DNA of 56,949 nucleotides, taken from Ministeria vibrans ATCC 50519. Lineage: Eukaryota; Protista; Filasterea. Positions 1 through 10,125 of this stretch are shown in pieces. The notes beneath the pieces are model-generated. The model saw only the letters and a list, made by a program, of their open reading frames with translations. It made no database searches and was not told the origin of the DNA. The stretch lies in the NCBI GenBank assembly GCA_943704425.1, contig CALSCP010000121.1, forward strand, positions 1-56,949. Reading direction: 5' to 3'. Position 1 is the first letter of the stretch, and every line of letters starts with the position of its first letter. The translations under genes and the position numbers were made by a program.

Positions 1-1
1 C

Positions 2-3000
2 AAGAGCGTGGCGATTGCACGCGCAGGCGCAATTCAGCCGATTGTTGCGCTCCTTTTGGTTGGAACCGACAGCGCAAAAGAGAAGGCGGCGGAGACGCTG
101 CTCAACCTGTCTCACAACAAGGACAACGAAGTGGCCATTGCACGCGCAGGTGCAATTGAACCGCTGATTGCTGTGTTGCGCAGTGGAACCGACACCGCCA
201 AGGAGAAGGCAGCAAGTGCACTGTGGAGCCTGGCTGTCAACGACGACAACAAAGTCACCATTGCACACGCAGGTGCAATTCAACCGCTGATTGCTCTTTT
301 GCGCAGTGGAGCCGCCGGCGCCAAGGAGTACGCCGCGGGTGCGCTGAGGAATCTGGCTCGCAACAAGGACAACAGAGTGACCATTGCACTCGCAGGCGCA
401 ATTCAGCCGATTGTTGCGCTCCTTTTGGTTGGAACCGACAGCGCAAAAGAGAAGGCGGCGGAGACGCTGCTCAACCTGGCTCACAACAAAGACAACAGAG
501 TCACCATTGCACGCGCAGGTGCAATTGAACCGCTGATTGCTGTGTTGCGCAGTGGAACCGCCGGCGCCAAGGAGTACGCCGCCGGTGCGCTGGGGAACCT
601 GGCTCGCAACAAGGACAACCAAGTGACCATTGCACGCGCTGGTGCAATTGAACCGCTGATTGCTGTGTTGCGCAATGGAACCGACAGGGCCAAGGAGGAG
701 GCGGCCGGTGCGCTGTCCAACCTGGCTGTCAACGACGACAACCAAGTGGCCATTCCACGCGCAGGTGCAATTGAACCACTGATTGCTGTGTTGCGCAGTG
801 GAACCGACAGGGCCAAGGAGAAGGCGGCCGGTGCACTGTGGAGCCTGGCTGTCAACGACGACAACGAAGTGGCCATTGCACGCGCAGGTGCAATTGAACC
901 GCTGATTGCTGTGTTGCGCAATGGAACCGACAGCGCCAAGGAGTACGCGGCGGGTGCACTATCCAACCTGGCTGTCAACGACGACGACCAAGTCACCATT
1001 GCACGCGCAGGTGCAATTGAACCGCTGATTGCTGTGTTGCGCAATGGAACCGCCGGAGCCAAGGAGTACGCGGCGGGTGCGCTGTCCAACCTGGCTGTCA
1101 ATGACGACAACAAAGTGACCATTGCACGCGCAGATGCAATTGAACCGCTGATTGCTGTGTTGCGCAATGGAACCGACAGTGCCAAGGAGAAGGCGGCCGG
1201 TGCACTGTGGAACCTGGCTGTCAACGACGACAACCAAGGCACCATTGCACGCGCAGGTGCAATTGAACCGCTGATTGCTGTGTTGCGCAATGGAACCCGC
1301 AGCGCCAAGGAGAAGGCGGCCGGTACACTGTGGAGCCTGGCTCGCAACGACAACAACAAAGTCACCATTGCACGCGCAGGTGCAATTGAACCGCTGATTG
1401 TTGTTTTGCGCAGTGGAACCGCCGGAGCCAAGGAGTACGCGGCGGGTGCGCTGTCCAACCTGGCTGTCAACGACGACAACGAAGTGGCCATCGCACGCGC
1501 AGGTGCAATTGTACCGCTGATTGCTGTGTTGCGCAATGGAACCGACAGCGCCAAGGAGCACGCGGCGGGTGCGCTAGCCAATCTGGCGGGCAATGACGAC
1601 AACCAAGTGGCGATTGCACGCGCAGGTGCAATTGAACCGCTGATTGCTGTGTTGCGCAGTGGAACCGAGTGTGCCAAGGAGGAGGCGGCGGGTGCGCTAA
1701 GGAACCTGGCCATCAACGACAACAACGTCGTGGCCATTGCACGCGCAGGTGCAATTGAACCGCTGATTGCTGTGTTACGTAGTGGAACCGACAGCGCCAA
1801 GGAGTACGCCGCTGGTGCTCTGGGGAACCTCGCTGTCAGCGATGACATCCAAGTGGCCATTGCACGCGCAGGTGCAATTGAACCGCTGATTGCTGTGTTG
1901 CTCAGTGGAGCTGACAATGCCAAGGAGAGGGCGGCGGATACGCTGAGGATTCTGGCTCGCAACGACAACAACAAAGTCACCATTGCACGAGCAGGTGCAA
2001 TTGCCCCGCTGATTGCTGTGTTGCGCAGTGGAACCGACAGCGCCAAGGCGAACGCGGCGGGTGCACTATCCAACCTGGCTGTCAACGATGACAACGAGGT
2101 GACCATTGCACGTGCAGGTGCAATTAGACCGCTGATTGCTATGTTGCACAGTGGAACCGATAGTGCGAAGGAGAAGGCGGCAGGCGCGCTGTCCAACCTG
2201 GCGGTCAATGGCTACAACAAAATCACCATTGCACGCGCAGGTGCAATTGCCCCGCTGATTGCTTTGTTGCGCAGTGGAACCGACAGCGTCAAGGAGGAGG
2301 CGGCAGGTGCGCTCTCCAACCTGGCCGGCAACGATAACAATGAAGTGGACATTGCACGCGCCGGTGCAATTGTACCGCTGATTGCTGTGTTGCGCAGTGG
2401 AACTAACAGCGCCAAGGAGAAGGCCGCGGGTGCACTGTGGAACCTGGCCGTCAACATTCATAACAAGGTGTTAATTGCACGCGCAGGTGCAATTGAACCG
2501 ATGATTATTGTGTTGAGCAGTGGAACCGACAGCGCCAAGGAGTACGCCGCGGGCGCTCTGGCCAACTTGGCGGTCAACGGCGACAACAAAGTGACCATTG
2601 CACGTGCAGGTGCAATTGGACCGCTGATTGCCGTGTTGCGCAGTGGAGCCGACAGCGCTAAGGAGATGGCGGCGGGTGCGCTGTCCAACTTGGCGGGCAA
2701 TGACGACAACGAAGTGGCCATTGCACGCGCAGGTGCAATTGAACCGCTGATTGCTGTGTTACGCAGTGGAACCGCCGGCGCCAAGGAGAACGCCGCGGGT
2801 GCGCTGAGGAATCTGGCTGTCAACAAGCACAACAAAGTGGCCATTGCACGCGCAGGTGCAATTGAACCGCTGATTTCTCTTTTGTGCAGTGGAACCGACA
2901 GCGCGAAGGAGAAGGCGGCGGGTGCGTTGTCCAACCTGGCCGTCAACGTTAACGATGACAACAAAGTGGCTATTGCACGCGCAGGTGCAATTGGACCGCT

Positions 3001-3937
3001 GATTACCGTGCTGCGCTACGGAAGCGACAGCGCTAAGGAAAACGCGGCGGATGCGCTGTGCAGCTTGGCCCTCAACTACGACAACAAAGTGGCCATTGCA
3101 CGCGCAGGTGCGATTGAACCGTTGATTTCTCTGTTGCGCAGTGGAACTAACAGGGCCAAGGTGGTGGCGGCGGGTGCACTGAGGAACCTTGCTTTCAACG
3201 ACGACAATTACAACAAAGTCACCATTGCACGCGCAGGTGCAATTGAACCGCTGATTGCTGTGTTGCGCAGTGGAACCGACAGCGCCAAGGAGGAGGCGGC
3301 GTGTGCGCTGTCTAACCTGGCTGGCAACGACGACAACGAAGTGGCCATCGCACGCGCAGGTGCAATTGAACCGCTGATTGCTGTGTTGCGCAATGGAACC
3401 GACAGCGCCAAGGAAAAGGCGGCGGGTGCGCTGTCCAACCTGGCTGTCAACGACGACAACAAAGTGACCATTGCACGCGCAGGTGCGATTGAACCGCTGA
3501 TTGCTGTGCTGCGCAGTGGAACCGACAGCGCCAAGAAGAACGCGGCGGGTGCGCTGTCCAACCTGGCTGTCAACGACGACAATGAAGTGGCCATTGTACG
3601 TGCAGGTGCAATTGAACCGCTGATTGCTGTGTTGCGTAGCGGGATCGACAGCGCCAAGGACTACGCGGCGAGTGCGCTGAGGAACCTGGCGTTCAGCGAC
3701 GACGCCCAAGTGACCATCGCACGCTCAGGTGCGATTGAGGCAGCGGTGGCTCTTCTGAACAGTGAGAGTGCACCCGATCAGTCAAAAGAGACCATTGTGC
3801 GGCTCTTACTCCGATTGTCAAATGGCAATGGTATCAACAAGTCGGCCATCCAACAGAGTGGTGCCCTGGCCGCTCTGACCAACATGGCTATTGCAGGGTC
3901 CGCGTTAGCCAAGGAAGCTGTCATTCGTCTTCTTTGA
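2..3937 (+). CDS. Armadillo-repeat protein with about 30 near-identical 41-aa repeats plus a divergent C-terminal cap; 5' end lies outside the window
   Basis: The frame is open from base 2 to TGA at 3935-3937 with no intron. Repeat consensus IARAGAIEPLIAVLRSGTDSAKExAAGALxNLAxNDDNxV fits ARM helices H1-H3 with the conserved H3 Asn. Confidence 0.93.
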   Translation, partial: KSVAIARAGAIQPIVALLLVGTDSAKEKAAETLLNLSHNKDNEVAIARAGAIEPLIAVLRSGTDTAKEKAASALWSLAVNDDNKVTIAHAGAIQPLIALLRSGAAGAKEYAAGALRNLARNKDNRVTIALAGAIQPIVALLLVGTDSAKEKAAETLLNLAHNKDNRVTIARAGAIEPLIAVLRSGTAGAKEYAAGALGNLARNKDNQVTIARAGAIEPLIAVLRNGTDRAKEEAAGALSNLAVNDDNQVAIPRAGAIEPLIAVLRSGTDRAKEKAAGALWSLAVNDDNEVAIARAGAIEPLIAVLRNGTDSAKEYAAGALSNLAVNDDDQVTIARAGAIEPLIAVLRNGTAGAKEYAAGALSNLAVNDDNKVTIARADAIEPLIAVLRNGTDSAKEKAAGALWNLAVNDDNQGTIARAGAIEPLIAVLRNGTRSAKEKAAGTLWSLARNDNNKVTIARAGAIEPLIVVLRSGTAGAKEYAAGALSNLAVNDDNEVAIARAGAIVPLIAVLRNGTDSAKEHAAGALANLAGNDDNQVAIARAGAIEPLIAVLRSGTECAKEEAAGALRNLAINDNNVVAIARAGAIEPLIAVLRSGTDSAKEYAAGALGNLAVSDDIQVAIARAGAIEPLIAVLLSGADNAKERAADTLRILARNDNNKVTIARAGAIAPLIAVLRSGTDSAKANAAGALSNLAVNDDNEVTIARAGAIRPLIAMLHSGTDSAKEKAAGALSNLAVNGYNKITIARAGAIAPLIALLRSGTDSVKEEAAGALSNLAGNDNNEVDIARAGAIVPLIAVLRSGTNSAKEKAAGALWNLAVNIHNKVLIARAGAIEPMIIVLSSGTDSAKEYAAGALANLAVNGDNKVTIARAGAIGPLIAVLRSGADSAKEMAAGALSNLAGNDDNEVAIARAGAIEPLIAVLRSGTAGAKENAAGALRNLAVNKHNKVAIARAGAIEPLISLLCSGTDSAKEKAAGALSNLAVNVNDDNKVAIARAGAIGPLITVLRYGSDSAKENAADALCSLALNYDNKVAIARAGAIEPLISLLRSGTNRAKVVAAGALRNLAFNDDNYNKVTIARAGAIEPLIAVLRSGTDSAKEEAACALSNLAGNDDNEVAIARAGAIEPLIAVLRNGTDSAKEKAAGALSNLAVNDDNKVTIARAGAIEPLIAVLRSGTDSAKKNAAGALSNLAVNDDNEVAIVRAGAIEPLIAVLRSGIDSAKDYAASALRNLAFSDDAQVTIARSGAIEAAVALLNSESAPDQSKETIVRLLLRLSNGNGINKSAIQQSGALAALTNMAIAGSALAKEAVIRLL
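11..3720 (+). repeat. Coding tandem repeat, 123-bp unit, about 30 copies (two units carry 6-bp insertions)
   Basis: The block ccattgcacgcgcaggtgcaattgaaccgctgattgctgtgttgcgc recurs every 123 bp. Confidence 0.95.
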
Positions 3938-4780
3938 TTCGAAATCGTCTGAGAGAACAGCATCTTTTATCATTCGGATTGAGTATATGTATTATAATAC
4001 AACAGAGAGTAATGGTATTTTCAATGCACTTAAATAAAAAACAACCTTTGTCCTGAACGACACAACGAATTCATCCTGACGTGCGACACCAAGGAAACAC
4101 AACAGTGCCCTCTTGGCTATGATGTGTGCTTTGCTGAATGCGTATAGAACGGAAGTTCGGATCTTTCTTGTCTTATTCCTTGCTTGAGTAATTGTTTTGC
4201 GACGCACGGAAGCGCAACGTAAGCCGTAGAATATCTGTGAATTTCAATCACCTGATTTGTGACTATACGTCTTTAGAATTAATTGTTGGCAACTATCTGT
4301 TTCTCTTCTGATTCCTCCAACTCAGCTGAGGCTCTCGGAGAATCCGCGAAGCACGGACGCGTCATGCAGCGCGCGTCAGCCGTAGTTACATCTGTTTCAC
4401 ACACACGCACACAGTTTCTTCCTCCTTCTTCTTTTGCTCCCTCCAACTCCGCCGAGGCTCTCGGGGAATACGACCAAGCCGATCTAGATTCTAGTTGACT
4501 AATATGTATGCAATCCTGAATGGGAGGCTTTAGCGCATAACGAGTCGCGTTGGGCGAACATTTTGGAGTCTTTATTTGATCGAATGAAACTCTAAGATAT
4601 AGCTGTTCTATGAGTTAACGACGAGTATATGGCGTATGCGGTATGGCGTATGTCTTTATTGAGGTGATGTTTTTGGATGCTTTTGATACTGTGATACCGT
4701 CATTACGTCCGTCTGTGGAGTCAAAACAGTGCCAACTTATTCGAAAGGTCAAAGATCAATCAGTATTAATTCTTGATTCT

Positions 4781-5247
4781 ATGCTGGCCCTGGCCCTCGT
4801 CCTCCTTGTTGCCTCGTCCATCTCGGAGTCCGCTCCCATTTCCTATCCGCGTTTCATGCAGGTCGGTTGAAATCGTAAACCGCAATGCTCATCCATTTGC
4901 TCTTTCCCCTCCTTACGACAGTGCGACCCTCAATGGGGTCCCGACGCCATGGGAATCGTTGGAAAGGGTCATCGTTCGACTGTGTGTGGCGAAGGATGCG
5001 CCATGTCATGTGTGGCAATGGCTCTCTCCGCTCTGGAAGTCAAAATCGACGGCGACGAATCGACTCCGGGCTCTCTCAACGCATTCCTCGTCAAGTACAC
5101 ACACACACTCAGCACACTCAGCACATTACGCACCCACAACGAGCACATACTAATCACACACGATGCACAAGGCACATGCTAATCACACACACACCACATA
5201 CGTACATATATATATATATACAAAAACACACTAAGCACATACATATT

Positions 5248-5287
<40 letters not shown>

Positions 5288-6208
5288 TATATATACAAGC
5301 ACTGATGCATTGTTGCTCACATTTACCGTAGAGAATCTTTGTACACTTGCGCCGGCGGTGATTGTGACAATCTAATTTTGCAAGCACCGCAAGTTTTGAC
5401 GGACCGCTTGCAGTTTGTGAGCGAATCTCGCACCTTGCCGAGTCTCACTACGATTGCACACGATGTGAACAACGCCAAGCGTGTCTATCTGGCGCACGTG
5501 CGCAACGGAACTCACTTTGTGCTGGTGACAGGCGTCAACGAGGCGAGTGCCGGTCGCGAACTCACCGTCAACGATCCTTTCTACAATACTACCACCTACG
5601 CCTATGGCGACGTCCTCGACTTCATTATCTACGACATTCTCGCCGCACCCTCACCCACCGGCACAGTGTCACACGACTACCCGCTTTACAAGCAGGTAAA
5701 AGGATAATATTATCATGGTTTCACTGAAACATATTCGCAGTGTGATGCAAAGTGGGGTGGCGACGTCATGGAAGTCAAGACAGTCTGCGACGTAGGGTGT
5801 CTGATGAGCTCAGTCTCCATGGCGCTGCACGGGTGGGGCATTTCTATTGAGGGAGCGCCAGCCAACCCGGGCACGCTCAACGCCTGGTTGCGCACCCACC
5901 AGGGCTACGTGGGTGGCGACGACCTGGACGAGGCTGCCGTGCCGCGCATCAACTCATCGTGGATCCGCTGGCCGCAGGACGGCATGCACCCCACCAACGA
6001 CCTGCCCCTTGAGACCATCCGCGCCTACCTCGTCCGCCAGCGCGTTGTCATTGCCAACGTCGACCATGGCCACCACTTTGTTCTTGTGACCGCCTTCCAC
6101 GCCAACAACGAGACGCTCTTTGTCAACGACCCTGGCTTTGCCCGCACCACCTACTCCTACCACGACGACGTTGTTGGCTGGCGCATCTACGACATGGGTC
6201 CCCAGTAA
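4781..6208 (+). CDS. Secreted protein with two tandem peptidase C39-like (papain-fold) domains; exons 4781-4861, 4922-5094, 5332-5695, 5741-6208
   Basis: Signal peptide MLALALVLLVASSISES. Domain 1: QCDPQWG...GCAMSCVAMAL...HFVLVTG...VNDP. Domain 2: QCDAKWG...GCLMSSVSMAL...HFVLVTA...VNDP. Cys/His/Asp triad is present in both, and the GT-AG introns keep frame. Confidence 0.8.
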
Positions 6209-6330
6209 AGACGATACAGAAAAATACTTTTTCAACTGAGCTGATCTGAACTTTGAAGGAAGTAAACTTTCTGAATAATTAATAAGATGATTGCGAATTC
6301 TGAAAAATTAATTTTTTTCAATTTTCTCTC

Positions 6331-7274
6331 ATGTCGTTCTCTACTTCGCCCCCCGCGGCCCCAGGCGACGCTTCGGCTTCAACATCCACCGATGCACCTC
6401 TCGTCGCAACCACAAGGTAACTTTTTTTCAGCTCAGTTTGAACTTTTTTTTTTTTTTTTTTTTTTTTTGAAATTGATTACGAACTTTTTTCCTTTCTTTT
6501 ACGTTTGTAGCGTAAGCGTCAAGGTGGGCATCGTCGGCGACAGTGAGATTGGCAAGACCTCCTTCATGGTCAAGTATGTGGAGGACGTCTTTGACAAGGA
6601 ATACACGCAAACGCTCGGTAGGACGCAAAACCCATTTCAAAAAAACGCGAGAGAGAAAAACTTACTCTCTTGTGTCGTCGCCAGGAGTCAATTTCATGGA
6701 AAAGGCGATCCTGGTGCGCAGCTCGGAGATCAATTTCTCGATCTGGGACCTGGGCGGGCAGCGTGAGTTCATCTCGATGCTCCCGTTTGTCGTCAATGAA
6801 GCGATTGCCATTCTGTTTCTGTTTGATCTGACCAACAAGGAGACGCTCGACGCCGTCCGCGAGTGGTATCGTCAGAGCCGCGGCTTCAACAGGGTATGCG
6901 CTGGGCGGTGGCGTCCACGACCCCTTTTTTGCACAAACTGTGTTAAAAACATAACAGTGCATTAATTTTCAACTCACTGACTGTCTCTTTCGCTTTTTTT
7001 TTTCCTCTCTCTTTTTTCTCTTCAGACGGCCATTCCCATTCTCGTCGGCACCAAATACGATCTCTTCATTGACAAAGACTTTGAGTTCCAAGAGGAAGTC
7101 ACCAAGCAGGCGCGACGCTATGCACGGGCCATGAGATCCCCTCTCGTCTTCTGCTCCTCCATGGTCAACATCAACGTGAGCAAAATCTTCAAGATTATCC
7201 TCAGCAAAGCCTTTGGACTCCGTTGCGTCATTCCCATGATTCACGACATTGGCGATCCCATCCTCGAGTACTAG
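6331..7274 (+). CDS. spg1: Spg1/Tem1-family small GTPase (septation initiation / mitotic exit network); exons 6331-6416, 6511-6617, 6685-6893, 7026-7274
   Basis: [14 protein letters not shown] (G1), [23 protein letters not shown] (G3), ILVGTKYD (G4). C-terminal IGDPILEY with no CaaX, as in Spg1/Tem1. Confidence 0.9.
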
Positions 7275-7350
7275 TCACACACACACACACACACACACAC
7301 ACATAAGAGCCGTACACTATGTAACAGAATTGAACACAATAATAGTTATT

Positions 7351-9482
7351 TTAATTTTGGTCTTTCGTTTTCTCGTCTTCCTCCTTTTTCTCCTCTTCCT
7401 CCTCTTCCTCATCGTCGTCCTTGAGCATCCCCGTCGTCACAGCCCCCTCCAACGGCACTTCAGTCGAAGACAATGTTGACGAGACGGGTGCAGGAACCAC
7501 CACCACAACCTTGGAGCGACGCGCCTGCTCCTCCAACGCAGCAGATCGCTCACGATCCACTCGCTCCACCTCACGCAACCGTTCAAGGCGCGCCTGTTCC
7601 TGCGCCTCCGCGAGTTCCCGCTCCGCAGCCTGTGCCGCGCGATGGCGCTCCACCTCCGCATCAAAGAAAAGCACACTGTCTCGTCCCAGCGAGTCCAGCA
7701 GATTGCCCAGTGTCCAGTACGACCCAATGCGATGCGATTGGTCCACCATCAGCGTCAGCTCCTGCACATACGCCTCCACTGTCGCATCGCTCACGTGCGC
7801 CGGCGCATACAGACAGCTCCATGACACAGAGTCCACCACAGACGGAATCAATTCTACAGTTTAAGTGAGAAGTGAATAAAAGAGAAACAGAGGAAAGAGA
7901 AGAAGAAGGGAAAAAGAAAGAAAACGATGCACAGAGAGAAAGAGAGAGAGATAGAGATGAGAGCATACCAAAGTAAGCGGGCACAAAAGAGGTTGTGCCG
8001 TGGGCAATATGAACACCCGAAAGAGTCACGTCGGGCCCATATGTGCGGTCGGGGAAGGGGAAGGCACCCGCAGAGGCGAGGGTGACGGGAGCCAGAACGG
8101 CGGAGGGAAGGTCGTGAAGAAGACGGGCGCAGGCGGGAATGTCGCTGGTCAGCGAGTGCCACGCGCGCTCGTTGACAGCGATGCTGTTAGGCTGTTCGTT
8201 GCGCGTCAGGGCTGTTTGAATGATGGCAACGACGTCCCAAAATCGACTGGAAGGGTTCAGCGTGACGCGGACCAGACTCAGAGGGACTGTAAGAGGTGCA
8301 ATGGCAAATGGGGGCAGTTTAGCGGGAGTAGCATTGCCGCGCAGAGACACGGGAACATTGATGGTCATGGTAAACTCTGGGCCGTGTGGCGTCGGCTTGG
8401 TTGGACCATGGCGAATGTGGTGAGGGGCGCTGAGGAAGCACACGGCAGCAGCCATGACGGATGCCACATGCACGTTGCGCTGCATGCACACTTGGAGCAC
8501 CTGGAACGAGACAAAAGATTTTTTTTTAAAACAAAATGAAGAAGAAGAGAGAGAAGAGGTTTGAGCAGTCTGATAATAATTAATATCTCGTTGTGTGACT
8601 TGAATACTTTTGTAAAGTTCTCGGGAGTCCCTTGCGTAAAGTGATGCGCAATGCACACGTCGGGGCCTGTGCTGACCGAGTGGCGCACGGGAAAGGACGG
8701 TGGACTGTGCAGAGTGCGTTCGAGAAAGAAGCGAGCGGTTTTGCTGGCAAAGAGTTTGACGAGAGGAAGTCCGGTGGGAAAAAGAAGCGCCTCGGGAGTG
8801 GGCGGCACAGGGTACGTCGTGGCGGCGTCGCGCGCCTCGTTGCTCATAGCACACGCGGCTGTTAGCAGTTCGTGGATAATGGTGTGGCCGGAGGAGGCGT
8901 CGGCGAGCACCGAGTGAAACACAATCACCAGTTGGTGTGCGTTGTCGTGCGCCACAGGGACGACACGCCACAGCGGACCGCTGAGGTCGGAGAAGCCGCG
9001 TGAGAGCTCTTCGCTCACGACTGCACGCCACGGTTTGGGTACCACCGGCAACACCATAGAGGCACAGTCCCAGTTGGTCTCGGGAACGGGCACAAAGGTC
9101 GCCGGGGGAAGCACCGGTGGCGGCGGCGGCTTGTCATCGCCAAACAGTCGCGCAAGGCCCGTCTTAGGCGCTGGCGGTGGTGCACGCGCCAACATCTCGC
9201 GATGGTGTTGCTCGTTCGCCGCACGGTCCTCGTCGTTCGTCACGTGTACACCCACGCGCAGCATGGGGTGGCGGCGCATGCAGTAATGCACGGCAGTCAC
9301 GAGCTGTTCGCTCGACGGCAGCGACGAGACGTGCGCCACCGCAATCGACGCAACCGGGTCGGACTCACCGCGAATTTGCGCCTGCCACGCAGGAACATGC
9401 TGCGGATAGATGTCGCCAAAGATGCTGATGAGCTCGGGACCCGTCAGCGGGCGTGTCACCTCGCGCGCAATCGGAGGTCGCA

Positions 9483-9517
<35 letters not shown>

Positions 9518-9786
9518 GCCTCAGGGTGAACTACCGACGCTGGCATGGCCGCCGTGGTCGCCGGCGCCACTGCCGCGCCACTCCCTGGCGCCACGGCAGC
9601 TGCAGCAGGGGCCCTGGCAGGCGGTGTGGCCTCACCTTGCGCTGTCGTGCTGCTTTTCTCTTCGTCTGAAGTTTCGTTTTGTTCTGTCGTCTCCGCATCG
9701 ACATTCACCGTGTCGTCCAGCGACACCTCAACAATAGACGTATCAAGATCGTCACCGCTCTCATCCTTAGCCTCGGGGTCCATCAT
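7351..9786 (-). CDS. Condensation-domain / alcohol acetyltransferase-fold protein with acidic low-complexity termini; exons 9786-8608, 8500-7969, 7853-7351
   Basis: MRRHPMLR, GPLWRVV and LVIVFHSVLADASSG (degenerate HHxxxDG) occur in the order typical of CoA-dependent acyltransferase folds. Two GT-AG introns join three ORF-track frames. Confidence 0.65.
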
Positions 9787-10125
9787 GCTTTGTCACACAA
9801 ACAATGAAAATAATTTTGATTTTTATAATTATATTATTTTTTTTCTTTGGATGACTCAAGATAATCAAAGTCAAAATATAACAAAACGTTAAAATAAACC
9901 CCTTCTTCAATACATCTAACATCCTCGAACTTCGACACTTTGACAGCTTTGTAGTTTGTACCACTTGGCTGTCTGTCTGTCTGTCTGTCTGTCTTGGCAG
10001 TGAGAGTTGGCACTTGTTTGATGCAAGCGAATGATTTACTCGCTTTCGTCAATGAAATATAATAATAAAATATTATTATTATTTATTTTATTAATTAATC
10101 ATAATAATAATAATACAATATAACT

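Noticed and set aside
481-3709. Long antisense ORFs (481-2208, 2759-3709 and others)
   Set aside because: Shadows of the repetitive ARM frame with no independent protein features.
11-3720. Regular repeat with variable intervals resembling a CRISPR array
   Set aside because: The unit is 123 bp, fully in frame and encodes ARM repeats; the variable parts are homologous to each other; there are no cas genes and the context is eukaryotic.
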